Source of the DNA: Dicyema japonicum
Taxonomy: Eukaryota; Animalia; Dicyemida
NCBI GenBank assembly: GCA_011109175.1
Contig: RDEW01000010.1
Span: 186,001 to 250,000 of the forward strand
Direction: 5' to 3'
Length of the DNA stretch: 64,000 nt
The notes beneath the pieces were generated by a model. The model was not told the DNA's origin, did not search any database, and worked only from the letters and a program-made list of their open reading frames with translations. Shown one piece after another: positions 1 through 12,218 of the stretch. Every line of letters begins with the position of its first letter. Within the stretch, counting starts at the first letter, position 1. The position numbers and the translations under genes were made by a program.

Positions 1-329
1 TTTTGAAAAATAAACAAGGCAAACAATACTGGGAGAGACCCAGATAACCTAATGCCCGTGTCTTCCAATTGACTTGTGTACCACCTAATGGCCGTGTAAT
101 TCCTTATTGATAAGTGGACCATTTTTATTGACAGTGGATCATAATTACTGGACCTAATGGGCACATCATTCTTATTAGTACCGGAACACTTGATGGTGAG
201 TCTTTAATGGCGCATAATTACTGACACAATTTATGTAATTTTAAGGACAGAGGCTCAATTACCTGGTGACATGGCTCTGTTAAACATATGTAAAAAACAC
301 TCATTACGATACAATCGAGAACTTCTGAG

Positions 330-2420
330 GCTCATGACATTTAACGTACGTGGAATATCAAAAGACTGGGCAAGGAAAGTACGTTGTGACGATCTCGAGA
401 AATACAAAATATCTACAAGTGACGAAAATCGAAAATAGACACGATGAAACATGGAACAACTACCGACTAATTGTCTTCCCGAGTGAATGTAAGCGGGATG
501 GGATTTGCCTTACACGTGGATTACCTCAAAAAACTACATCGCTATTGGAGAGTTAACGACCGAATATATGTCCTACAAGTCAAACTAAATGATTTATGCC
601 CATCCAAAAGTCTATTAACTATGATAAATGTCTATGCACCACACTGCGGGCGAGTAATCAAGAACCCTGGTGAGCTTGAGGAATCCTACTTAGAACTATC
701 AAGAAAATATTCGAATAATGCGTCTTTGTTGCGAGAGATATGAATGCAAAGGCCGGAATGCGAATGGGACCCGAAGAATCCTCTATTGAAAGACACGGAC
801 ACGGAAGGAGATAGGCATCGGGAACTTCTCTGGTGAACTTCTGCTAGGCAAATAGGCTATTCCTGTGCAACACTGCCTTCACGCACTCAGCTCGCCACAA
901 GACGATATGGCACGGACAAAGGAAAAACTCTGTTAAGGAGACCATGAATATATAATCAAATCAACTACATTATCTGCCGAAAGTCTGATAAACACTTGCT
1001 AAATGATGCACATTCCTACGAAGGGACAACAACTGACAGCAATCATATGATCGTTATTGCAGAACTGTCTGTAAAAAAGCACTTGACTGGGAAAAAATAT
1101 ATTGAACAGACAACATTCATGGGAAATCATTACATCCCTATTAAAAGATGTGGAGTGCCTAAATGACAATTCAAGGATGTTTGCGGCTTTACAAATCCTG
1201 CGGACAAAGATAGGACAAAACATCCTCCAAATCAAAAACAAAAAGGAAAATTCGTTGATAACCAAGAAGAAAAAGCCGAACTAATTGCATGTCACTTTGA
1301 AATGTTGCTGAATACAGACAATGAGGAATTTCCCCCTTTCCAGGAAGAACCGAGGACATTAATGAATGCTATTACAGTGGAAGAAGTTGAATCAGCTCTA
1401 AAAAAACTGAAGAATAAAAAGAGTGCTGAGCCAGACAACATAATCACTGAGCTTTTAAAACATGGGTTAAAAAAACTTAGTGAAACAATTGCAAAAGTTT
1501 TAAATGACATGAAACTAATACCTATCTAGGACTTGGAAATGGATTATTAATACCCATACAAAAACCGAACAAAGTAAAAGGACCAGTAAAAAATCTTCGC
1601 TCGGTCATACTTCTGAACTCGATACGCAAGATGCTGGCAACCATAGCACCTTATGCGGATTATGTGGACTTTGTATCACGGGACACGCCCGCACTCCAAC
1701 ACCTACTCGAAAATGCACCTGCGGAGCTTGAGAAATGGTTTCTCAGCGTAAATGTAAACAAAACCGAAATTACTGAAATCAAAAGAGAAGACGATATTAC
1801 TCATGAAAAATGGAGGTGCACTAATGAGCTCAACTCTACTAGGAGACACTGAAGATGTACTAAGGAGGAAAACACTGGCAAATGCAGCAATGGATAAACT
1901 GAGGAATAAATGGCTAAGAGCCAAAGACTTGGAAGTGACATCAGATACAGGCTTTACGGCGCCTTTGTGAAACCAATTTTACTGTACAACGCTGGGACCT
2001 CGTGAAGTTCCTTCAAAGAAGTAACGAAACTGGATTCGTTCCATAAAAGACAACTAAGAAGCATACTCAGAATGGATTGGCCACGTAGAAAATCAACCAG
2101 TGGTATTTACAACAAGTCTATGTGTTCGTACATCAGCAAGGATGTGATAGATCCCCGGTGGAGGCTATTTGGACATGTTTTAAGAATGAACCTGGATGCG
2201 CCCGCTAACAAAGCGATGGAAGATTACTTTGACAGTTGCGACAAACCCTTCCACAGACGACCAAGAACGACATGCCGATTGTCTTAAACAAAGATCTAAA
2301 CCAGGTGAAAAAAAGCTCAAGACTGAGGAAAAATTAAAATCAGAAGAAAATGTAAAAACGCTAAATATTGTTTTGAGTGTTGCACATTTCTTAATAATAA
2401 GGCTCGTAAAAGTGCCTTAT
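330..2420 (+). mobile_element. RTE-clade non-LTR retrotransposon (APE + RT), frameshifted/decayed
   Basis: Frames give APE motifs (LMTFNVRG, MINVYAPH, LFLCNTAFTH..RHKTIW) and RT/thumb motifs (YADYVDFV, WRLFGHVLRM); 3' end 'ggctcgtaaaagtgcc-ttattaat' resembles other RTE tails in the window. Confidence 0.85.
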
Positions 2421-2429
2421 TAATAAGGC

Positions 2430-2650
2430 TCCATTGTGACCTACAGGCATTGTTCATGCAATGTGAGTTATCCCTCATGGTCGAGAGCTCAATGTTTTGG
2501 AAGAGCTATAATGACGTTATAGGCTCTTTCTTCCTCAGTCCTGCAAGCCGCTCGATCACCCTAATAAACTTTGTTGTGCTAGGACTAAGCGCGCCATGCG
2601 TCTTAACGGAGATCGGCTAGAAAGACAAACCGATCCCCAACGCTACAGTA
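2430..2650 (-). mobile_element. 3' fragment of CRE-like RLE non-LTR element
   Basis: Minus strand translates (with frameshifts) to DRFVF.PISVKTHGALSPSTTKFIRVIERLAGLRKKEP..LFQNIELSTMRDNSH, matching the C-terminus of the element at 16800-19815. Confidence 0.7.
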
Positions 2651-2970
2651 TTTTTACTCATTTATGTAAATACCATGTTAGATTCTTCCAAAGACCATCT
2701 AAATCTTTGCATTATCTATTTATTACTCATCCATATCTGGATTATGCAATTCTGTCTTTGATTTTCCAATACTTTTCTGTTGTAATGCTTTATGTATAGC
2801 AAAGCCCATTAGTGTCTACAGTCCGGTCCCAGAAACAGAAATATGTATTCCCTATAGTTTTCATCAAATACAGAAATACTTTGTTTCCTGAAGGCTACAG
2901 CTACTCAATGCTGTATATTTTGGCAAAACTGATTTTTCTTACTTTAGAACTGATTTCTCCCACATTAATT

Positions 2971-3142
2971 TTTTTTTTGGAAGAAATTTTATTATCAAAT
3001 GAATAAAAATTAAATTAAGGCATCTGAATGGCCATGCTATTTCCCCTAACAATAGCCAACGAGATACGTTCTCGGAACCAACCAGTCTCTCGCGGATCCA
3101 TGATTCAAGCGGTGACCAAGGATCCGCGAGAGACTGGTTGGT
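2971..3142 (-). mobile_element. 5'-truncated, 5'-inverted retrocopy of a CRE-like element with poly(A) and 12-bp TSD
   Basis: TSD cccacattaatt at 2959-2970 and 3143-3154; poly-T at 2971; minus strand encodes DPRETGWFRERISLAIVRGNSMAIQMP*, then AATAAA and A-tail; perfect 23-bp inverted repeat at the 5' end. Confidence 0.85.
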
Positions 3143-4583
3143 CCCACATTAATTGTAATTAAGCCGAAATTCTTTCTTCAACAGTGTTTTTGAGACATTA
3201 ATTAAAGAGAGGGATGTTACCACCTTAATCATTTAAATGTAGTCTTTATCAACCAATTCATTAGAATTTATAAAAGTTTAACATTAAAAATGATAGTTCT
3301 TGTGAACTACCAGCAGGATTATCCATAAAGAAAGGACAGTCATGTTGTGCACATCCTCTGCATCTGATAGATGAATGAATTCTCCCATTCTAACTTCATA
3401 TAAGTAGACTATTATGATCTACATATTTTCTTCACTAGACTGTTGATATAATCGAGATTATGACCATGTTAGTTTTAATGAACGTTTGTATCCTTTTATT
3501 AGGTTTATTTATCGTCCTCGGCATTTTACGTCATTGGAAGTCGTAGATGTCGAATCTTAAAGTTCTAGAAATGAACATGATGATTACTTTGATTACTCAT
3601 CTGCAGTGTACATTTCTCCTTTCCTTCTACAGTTTGTCTTCGAGTCCTGAATTAGTTTCCATCATGTTTCTGCTCCTATCTTGGACGGGACTCTAGTGTA
3701 TAACCTTACTTGCAATCCGAACGGATATTCCTAAAATCTCACCTTTTAATAATAGCGGGGAGTTAGATAGGCCTTCTGTATTCGCATCACAATCTCCTAT
3801 TTCGCTATCACGGAGACTTTAATGTTGTCGAGTGTTATTTATTAAAACACGGTTCGATAAATAATAAATTCGTGCAACCTATCTGATCCACCAGTTTTAC
3901 CCCTTTGTTGTGTTCTTTCTATGGAGACTTTCCAAATCTTTCATAGTCGATAGTTTCATCTATATCTTCGACAGGTCATCAGAACAATCATTCGTTTACA
4001 GTCCGAGTCGATACTTTGATAATAGAGAAATCTTTCGGATTCTTACCCACGACAGTCAGATCCGATGTCATTAGACGTTCAGCAAAATCTTTTAATCAAG
4101 TGGTATTCAATGAACTGAATTCTGGTACAATTTGGTTATCAAGTTCCAATTATTAGTTTTAAATGATTTAAAGCCTATTCTCTCAAAATGAAGAAACTAT
4201 AATTCATGTTTATTTGGGGATTATTAAATAATTCATGAATGAATTTAGCATATTATTAACATTTTCACACGTGCGGCACTCGAGACGATCATGTCTACTC
4301 TCTTCTAACTCATTTTTCCTCAAGCTACGATCCTCAAGACATCAATATTGCCTGCAGTTTTTAGTAACGGTTTAATCGCTTCAGATCCTTTCTAGCATGG
4401 ACGGTAAAGTCCTACATAGGTGACCATGGCATTGCCTTCCATCCAACATGCAAGAAGTCTTACAAATTTATCATAATTACTACAATATAACCAGACCATA
4501 ATATTAAATTATTTAAATGGATAATAATTTATTATTAAATTAAATCAAAATAAATAAAGTAGCTAGCACGTGTAATCTTGAGG

Positions 4584-4984
4584 ATGGATAGCTCTATAAA
4601 TGTTATTTACATTCACTTACACTCAGTTTAGAATTCAAATAAATCTGAGCGAACATATTCCCTATTGGGTCCGAACGAGGATCCGTTGACTTTGTTAATG
4701 AAAGATTCTTCTCCCCCGTTAAAAAGGCCATGCATCGACAGGAGGGAGACTCACAATACAAGTTTTTAGCATAATTAACCCCCAGTGGAACGTCTTCGTA
4801 GGCTAAAAATAAACGATTGGATAAGCAACCTGTCAAGTCGTATTCCATGTGAAAACCGAGAATCTTTAGTATTTATTTCTTTAATTCATAGACTAAAGTG
4901 CAAGTCCTGTCCTTGGCCTGCTCATATATTGACCAACTTGTCAAGGACAACAAGGAGTTGCGAGAGCATCTTGACAAGAAGTGA
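4584..4984 (+). CDS. USF: USF-like bHLH-leucine zipper transcription factor (107 aa, 4 exons)
   Basis: Splicing out GT-AG introns 4602-4631, 4762-4785 and 4869-4891 gives ...IDRRETHNTMERLRRLKINDWISNLSSRIPCENRESLTKVQVLSLACSYIDQLVKDNKELREHLDKK*, close to USF 'HNEVERRRRDKINNWIVQLSKIIP...LSKACDYIQEL'; missed by the ORF track. Confidence 0.8.
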
Positions 4985-5439
4985 TTATTTATTCTGTCCT
5001 TATTTACTTGATTATTTCTAATTTGTTACCGCAAAGATTGCTCACACTATTTTTATATATTACATTGATGGTATAGTCTGTCAGTGCAATGAGTTTGCTC
5101 AGCACGTGTCCAATCGTATGGTATTTTAGTGCTCCTAGGGGATAACCAAACTGAATTAGGATTTCTTCAGTATGCCTAAACAGGGGGTTTTGTAGCGCAG
5201 AATTTGAGATTGTGCCTTTGATTAAAAAATCTCTAATAGAGTTGAGAGTTTATTGTTTAAAATCACTCATCCTGTGTCCACCGCATTTACAAAGACTCCG
5301 TAACACCGCAATGAGAGCAGAAAAATTTTATGTTAAAGGAAAATTTTCTTTTCCCAAATCTAATCGTATTTCTGATCTGGGAAAACAAATGGATTGTCGA
5401 AGCCACAAAGATCACAAAGAAAGTGAATGAATTTAAATG

Positions 5440-5600
5440 ATACGATCTAAGCTAATCGGAAGAGGGCATTCAAAGCTACAGAGCGATGGACTTCCGGAAG
5501 GTTCTCCTCTCCAATGCCTCTGGAATCCCTAATCCGTAAGAACCGACGCGTGCCCATGCAACTAAGAGCATCCGGATACACCAAGTTTTAAACAAAAATC
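5440..5600 (-). mobile_element. Probable R2-superfamily non-LTR remnant (thumb GLGIP region); related to 12880-13060
   Basis: Encodes WARVGSYGLGIPEALERRTFRKSI; visibly similar DNA (gattcc.gaggcattggaga...aagtccatcg...tagcttagatc) at 12961-13050 on +. Confidence 0.4.
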
Positions 5601-6109
5601 TAATCTTGTCAAACCAGAAATTGAAAGATACATCAGAAGTTTCACATATGATCGCTAATAATCAGTTGAAGAATTCATAAACCACAATTTTTGTTGTTAT
5701 TCAATATACTCACGTTAACTTTATGTCCATTTTGGTCACTCAGGAATCATCACCCCAACCTTCAAGCAATTGAAAATAGTTTGTCTCCTCAATTCTTTCC
5801 ATCAACATCTCGAGCAGGTAGCATCTTCCCCAATATATGTCTCAGATCGATCGTCCCAATATCGATGTGTCTGAGAGTCACCCAGTGTTATCAACTATAT
5901 TTATGTTATTCTCTCATGTCCTCTATGGTCTTATTAATCAAATATTTTCGTGTAGGATCATCCACTTTAAATGTATTTTGAAGGCATTTGTAGAACATAC
6001 TCAGAATATCGTTACAGGTTAGTAATAGGGGTACTATATTCACCTTCGCATGTGAATTAATGATAACTCGTACTTGAGTAACGTTCCTACTTTGATTGCT
6101 TTAAGGTCT

Positions 6110-6240
6110 TTTTAGTGGTGATCCGGGGAGCGCCCTCAAATTGTAGAGGGAGGAACATCGTGCCAAGTTGAGGTCTCTGTTGGAGTTTACCGGGATCACA
6201 TGAGTAATTAGTTTGGTGTTGGTGTGGAAAGGATCAGTTA
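6110..6240 (+). mobile_element. 3' end of I-group/Jockey-like LINE
   Basis: Encodes EEHRAKLRSLLEFTGIT*, the C-terminal motif shared with copies at 16140, 27740, 44560 and 52680. Confidence 0.65.
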
Positions 6241-6289
6241 CGTTGTATGTAATTATTATAGCAATGTCCGCGGAACAGAAAAGTTAACT

Positions 6290-7860
6290 AATTTAAAATT
6301 CCACTTTTGCCATGCATCTCTGAACACACGCTGTGAGTCGTTTCCATCCTCCACTGTTTTTCGCATCCCCCCTCAGATCATCCAGATCCTCTGCTGTTTT
6401 CAGTTTTCTTCTTATGTAAGTGAGTTTTTTGTCGACCTCGATACGTTGTTTTGTTTAATACAGAAAAGTATGATTCCATGGCCTGATTGGCCGGTGCCAT
6501 TTCCGAAGCTTTATGTCTAAAGAGCTGCCATTTAGCAGAAGTAACTTTAATCCCAATCTTTGTTGTTTGAGTAATTCTATATAGATCGTCGTTGGTTATC
6601 CGGTTGGCCAGTAGATGCCCAAGAGAAGTCGCAGTTGTTTTCTGTGGAATAAGTCGAGGTTTTCCAGTTCTTTGGTGGTTAGGCTCCAGGTCCCCGCGTT
6701 ATAAAGTAGAATTGGTTTGATATAGGAGTTGTACAACCGAATTCGAAGACGAGTGCCTATGTACTTTCGCCGCATCCAGATCGCCCACAATTTTTTGAAA
6801 GAAGCAATCGCCAGAACTTTCCTGTGATTAACGTCCTTCGAGTCCCCGAAGAGATATCCAATTTGTTTGCATGTTCTCCACTATTATTTGTTTCTCGTCC
6901 ATCCTAGCAGCCTGCCTGACTCTGATAGAAATATTCTTCCATAGCAGCATGGGTGACATATTCGAGTCGACATTTTCCAACAGTTTTGATATTTTCTCGC
7001 CGTACTTTTTACGGGTATTGTCGGAAGCACATAGAGCCTCCACAGCCGAGGTCCTGCTCCGCGTAAATACTGCCAGTGCTCCGGAGATTCCAAAGCGTCG
7101 CTTTAGAATGAGACGTGCCACTAGTAGTCTGTGATCACTCGAGGTCATCATGCCACTGTACGTTCAGGAGTCAGTGAGTAGTATGTAGTTGATTTGGTTA
7201 AATATATGGACTCGATTTCCATAGGAGTCTCTCCTCTGCTCTGTCCACGTCGTAATATGTCGTGTTGCACGTTGGAACGCCGTGTTACAAAGGAATAGTC
7301 CAAATGACTTGCAGAAATATATAAGGGCCTCCCCGGACAGATTTCTGATCCCTCGAGCGTGGATGCCCAAAAATTTGATTTGTCCCGCTTTTTCCCCACT
7401 TTTGAATTCCAATCTCCCGCTATAAAGAGCATGTAGGAGCTTGACAGGGAGGAGTAAGCCGATGATAAAAACGATTAGAAATTGTCAAGTTCCTCTGCAT
7501 TGGCGGATACCCTCACTGTGGTCTGTGCAAATACATTGATAATCGATAAAGTTCTAGAAACCATAGTATTATGGTTGTTTCCGAAGCGTAGTTGGAGGAT
7601 GGCAATCCTGTCGTTGATACTCCATGCTTTATGAGCAACCACAGCTGCGTCACGCGCATAGTGAATCCCATCTTATAATCTGACGGTAACAGGAGCAGTC
7701 ATACCCGTTCATTGTTTCATCCAGACCATTGGGACTTTAGTTTCCTGGTGACAGCAAACAGATATTCCATATCATTAGAGGTCCCCACATAATTGTTGTC
7801 TTTTTACGTATGATGTTAGTCCTCTCACATTGAATGATCCAATAGTGAACAGGGAAGACT
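6290..7860 (-). mobile_element. RTE-clade LINE, internally deleted and decayed
   Basis: APE start FTIGSFNVRGL, LFLCNTAFQRATRHITTW, NQINYILL, SDHRLLVA; C-terminal RLYNSYIKPILLYNAGTW. Confidence 0.85.
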
Positions 7861-8119
7861 GAGTGCATGAAGAAGACATCTTGTGTAAAAGAGGCACGTC
7901 ACCACCTCAACCAATATGTAATGACTTTCTTATTTTTTTGATTAAAGATCCGAAAATGACAGATCTTTCATTTTTTCTATTTTCTGCTTATGAGTTCTAC
8001 GACTGTGGCCACCACAATAACCCGTCGAATCCCATTTTCCTTCTTCCTAAAGTCCAGGAAAATTGAAAAAATATTAGCTCATTTTTATTCGTAATTGTTA
8101 CCAATTCCAAGTTAGTCTC

Positions 8120-8306
8120 TACTATGTGGTCGTGGTGTTGTCCATGTCGCGTTTAGCTGTGGATTCGATTCCCACACCGTACCAACATTCTGCACAGAAC
8201 CAAATACAAATGTTGGTTCTCTGTGAGAGTCCTCCTGGCTGCGACATTCATGTTAGGTACCAGTTTCCTTTACTCGAAGGGACAGAGATATATAGTAACT
8301 GAACTA
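8120..8306 (+). mobile_element. tRNA-derived SINE (interrupted by RTE insertion)
   Basis: A-box-like gtggtcgtgg and B-box ggattcgattccc with T-arm GTGG/CCAC; no full cloverleaf; similar heads at 45720-45790(-), 48885 and 49255. Confidence 0.5.
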
Positions 8307-9816
8307 CTAATAATGCACATTTGCAACAACAATGTAGTTAATCAATTGACGTCGCTTGTGCTTCACCCGGATAATTTTTGCCGTCTGACGCCTCCATGCT
8401 CCTCTTGAGATTGCGATTTTTCGGAGGTCGTCTAAGTCATCAGGGTGTCCAATCGTATTTTGCATTTTTAGGTCGTTATTTAAGGTCAAAGAAGTGTTGT
8501 CCGTTGTCTGCCCCGAAATGAACCAGTGCTTAGGAAGTATAGTTCCATGATATCATTTGCGGGAGCAGCATGATCCATCCTCAATATATCCCCAAATAAT
8601 CCCCATCGTGTGTCCCCAAGCTTTCAGATTCACAGGTAGTGTATAGGTTCTGGTTGCTGATCGCCTTCGAATAGCGTATGTCCAATAAGGATTTTAGTTG
8701 TTTTCTGCTAAAAACATTTTCCTGAGTTGTACACCAAAATGCATTGTATAGACGCACCTTTATGGATGTTAAGACGTGTGAGTATTTAGCCACGTGGACT
8801 TTAGTTTTATAAGTGCAACAATTGATAACATTTCCTTTCGCTGAACATCTTCTCAATCACCGAGTAGTGAGCCGACTTTCTTTGTTCTTTTCCATTTCTC
8901 ATCTGTTTTAATTGAGTTTCTCTTTCAACAGTTGTGACCTCCGTCTTTTGTTCGTTCATTTTCAAAAACCATTCCGCGAATGCTCCGAGAACATGATTTA
9001 GAACAGTCCTGATCTTTTTTATGTCCTCCGAAACAAAGTCTACGTCATCCGCGTAAATTAGTTCTGTGATCGAAGTCGGCACAATTTGGCTCGTAGGTCC
9101 CAAAGGGCGGCTTCCAGATAGACAACAAATAGTATTGGCGATAAAGAATCTTCTTGAGGAGTGCCAATGTGTGTCTCAAATTTACGGGATCGCTCTGAGC
9201 CGACCCAGACTTGTATTTTAGTGTGCGCAAATAGAACCCAGATCATCCTTTGATTCTCCCTCGTCCACCAACGTACCAAGAAACAACATTAGTTTCCCTC
9301 TGCGTACAGTATCGAACGATTGGAAGAGATCAATCCCCAGTATGTGAACAGCATTCTGGAATCTCTGCGTCATGTCACATATCCATATATGTGTCCATAC
9401 GATATCCCCCGTAAATATTCCTCTTCTAAAACCACTTTGGCCCGGAGACAGATATTCGTCAACAGTAGGAGAAATCCTTTCCGGAACAATCAGAGATAGT
9501 AGTTTCTGTAGGGTTGCTAGAAGGATTATGGGCCTGAGATTTCTGTATAGGTATTAGAATTCCCTGCCTTAGTGGGACAGGCATGTGTTTCATAAAAATG
9601 TCTTTAGCATGCTGCATAGGTGATAGGCCAGTGAGGGCGACGAATGTTTCAGAAGTTCCCCGTTGATACGGTCAATGCCCGGACTCCTATTGTTGTTCAG
9701 TTTTTGCAGAGCCGTTTGTATCTCCGCCACCGTAATTGGCTTAGTCAAAGATCTGGAGCGTCCAGAAATTGAGTTATGTGTTGGTCATCACTCCTGAAGA
9801 GCGATTCAAAGTGATC
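8307..9816 (-). mobile_element. 5'-truncated RTE LINE with 13-bp TSD
   Basis: TSD agtaactgaacta at 8294-8306 and 9817-9829; RT motifs GTPQEDSLSPILF, LIYADDVDF; (TAA)n-type tail. Confidence 0.9.
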
Positions 9817-9907
9817 AGTAACTGAACTATCAACCAGTTTATACTTATAAAAAATAATACAAAAACACGATTTATTTTACATCAACTATATGAAAAAGGA
9901 AAAAAAA

Positions 9908-11187
9908 TCATCTAGAATTAAGACGAATGATGACATGTCTGTAGTCATCAATGAGTTGGTCAAAGAGGTCAATTACAATTTTGTACGACTCATGCCTTAA
10001 TCTGTCCTCAACTGCAAAGACAAGTCCCTTCTCATTCAGATCAGCAAGGAATTCTTTCCTTGACCTGTGATCAGCCATTACGTTCCATAATAGTCTCCTC
10101 TTAATGGACATCTCACATAGTTCCTGTTGCTTTGGGTCCATCTCCGTCGATTCTTCCACGTGAGGATTTCAAACACGCGATATATCTGAATCTACCACAT
10201 CAAAGTCACTCATCACTCGAGACAGTCGGAGTCGGTCCTTTACCTCCTTAATAAACTGATTCATTGACTTGAGGGAGAAGTCCTTACTAATAACAGAGGG
10301 AAGCCGGGACGCATCCCAACAGTCAACCAAATCACGGATTCTCTGGAATTCACAGCTCGACTCCTCCACTAACAGTTACTCATACATATACCGACGATAT
10401 CGAAAACCGAATCCATGTTCCTGTAGTAGACATATATCCCTTGTAACAAATGAGGAGCTAGCCCACGACGTTGGAACGGGGGAAGGATAATAAACTGGCT
10501 AATTCTCGGCCGTATGGAGTCAGGGTGGCAGTAAAAGTTATATACTGTGGAATATCCCAAGAAAAAGTAGTCCGAAGGAGAATTCCCCTGACGCTCATAT
10601 CTGGGATCACCAAAATACAAACATTGAGAATAGATTCCAGCGGGGATCAGTGTCAAAATCTATAGGAACGGCAGTTTCAATAAAAAAGGGGAGAGAATCT
10701 GAATATTGGCCATCAACTCCTTAGCCCCGCTCTCGTCTTTGCTACAATGAAATATTTCTATTTCAGCGGGGTTGAATTGAGTTCAATGAGTGCAGAATAG
10801 ACAAGATCCCCAGGAGGTTGTTGAGCCCTTTCCTTGCTCAATCCATCAATGAATTCATCTCTGTCTTTCAGATAGCCTCCTTTGAGGTATTTGGCCAAAA
10901 GGGACTCGACGTCATCTGGCTTGGCATTCTGGGAATCAATGGCCTGCCCATACTCGACCTCGAGAAGTGTTGTGAGCTTAGTTGCAGACATGTTTATTAT
11001 AGCTTTAACCCATTTGTAGCCGAATATCCGTTCACTGTGAGTTAGATAATAAAAGTTACGATTGATCTATTATCTGATGTGTGTACAGAGGATTGAACTT
11101 GTATGTACCATCATACATGTCAGATTCACTTCGTATTAGCTGCACGGTTATGGATTTGTTGGATTCACATGAATACTCATCCGACAT
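9908..11187 (-). CDS. HAT1: Histone acetyltransferase type B catalytic subunit (multi-exon)
   Basis: MSDEYSCESNKSITVQLIR..FNPLYTHQII/ERIFGYK N-terminus; GNAT motif RPRISQFIILPPFQRRGLAPHLL; short GT-AG introns. Confidence 0.9.
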
Positions 11188-11649
11188 GATTCACAAAAAG
11201 TGGCTCTTAAATTTTAAATTTTTAAAGTAAAATCTGCCATTTTTATTTTTATAAATAAAAAAATGCATCATTCCTTCTTATTCGGTCGCTCCAGAATTTC
11301 GTCCCTTACCTTGCTCTTTTGTCGAAACAAATAGTGCACCATCTATGATTATGGGCCTGCTTAAACCACAATCGACATATTGGTAAACCATCATCATCCG
11401 ACCTCTCAGTGGTTCCGTCAATCACCAGGTCTGCCGAATACGACACGATAAACGATCCTAACCCGATCCTCTTGAAAATAAGTACACTATCTTGTTCAAA
11501 AAGATATCCCTCAACCATAATTAAATATGACCTCACAATTGGAATGGTTTTAGGCAATATGTTGATATGATGAAAAGAGTCCATATTTTATACCAAAATT
11601 AGCAGCAGTAAAGTTATGGTGTGCTTGAGGGTGCAGCTACAAATTGGCT

Positions 11650-11870
11650 TCCTACCTAACTGTGAACTCGTGGGGAACTTTGATGAAGGAAACGGCAAAA
11701 AATCCTCTCAAAAGATTGCGGACTTAACGTCTGGAACAATATCATAAGTATGAAGAAAAGATTCGGAAGCGTCCATACCTCAAACGAGAGACGCTTAAGA
11801 GAAAGAGAGGATCTGGATGGACTGCATGACCTTGTGTATGATGGAGTCAAGTGGAGGAAGAGAACATTGT
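11650..11870 (+). mobile_element. RTE 3' fragment
   Basis: LREREDLDGLHDLVYDGVKWRK resembles C-termini of the other RTE copies (DDLDDLRKIAISRGAWRR). Confidence 0.55.
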
Positions 11871-12158
11871 TACTAGGTTCTCGAATAGCATGTGCTTTGT
11901 CATTACTATGGCAGGACGAGATTACTTAATTATAATTGATATCCTCTATCTTCCACATATCACCAACGATAACAATATGCCACAGCAATAAGTTTTAAGT
12001 TAATCGCAGTTTTTCTCTTCAAAAGTAATCCAACAGGTTATTGGAATAAGTTGATTTAAAGTATTTTAATACCGATTTGTTGAATTAGCTGTTATGAGAT
12101 AAAACAACATGATCTTAGAATTTATCCAGTTCCACCGGTCAGAGTGGGCGTATCATTT

Positions 12159-12218
12159 GATCCTTTCGTGCCAGCTTAGCACTGGGTGCAACCTAAGACA
12201 GGTGGATCACATGACGCC
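12159..12218 (-). repeat. Copy of RTE-5'-associated pseudoknot motif (candidate HDV-like ribozyme)
   Basis: GGCGTC ATGT GATCC ACC TGTCTTA GGT TGCACC CAG TGC TAAGCTG GCA CGAAA GGATC on minus strand. Confidence 0.6.

Noticed and set aside
2430-2640. Repeat (also 28300-28470, 28850-28980) that folds as a pseudoknot with a GAGGAAAG motif, suggesting RNase P/MRP or a ribozyme
   Set aside because: It translates to the CRE RLE C-terminus (EPR..W..QNI.L..MRGN), so the conservation is explained by coding sequence.
3070-3145. 23-bp perfect hairpin as pre-miRNA or terminator
   Set aside because: It is explained by the 5' inversion of a retrocopy with TSD and poly(A).
3280-4230. Possible spliced gene upstream of USF
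   Set aside because: No consistent exon chain or recognisable peptide could be built on either strand.
4603-4848. 81-aa minus-strand ORF with a CxxC-like motif
   Set aside because: It is antisense to the spliced USF-like gene, whose + strand introns and bHLH match are much stronger.
8125-8185. tRNA gene ending in CCA
   Set aside because: The T-arm is present but the acceptor, D and anticodon stems do not pair; treated as a SINE head.
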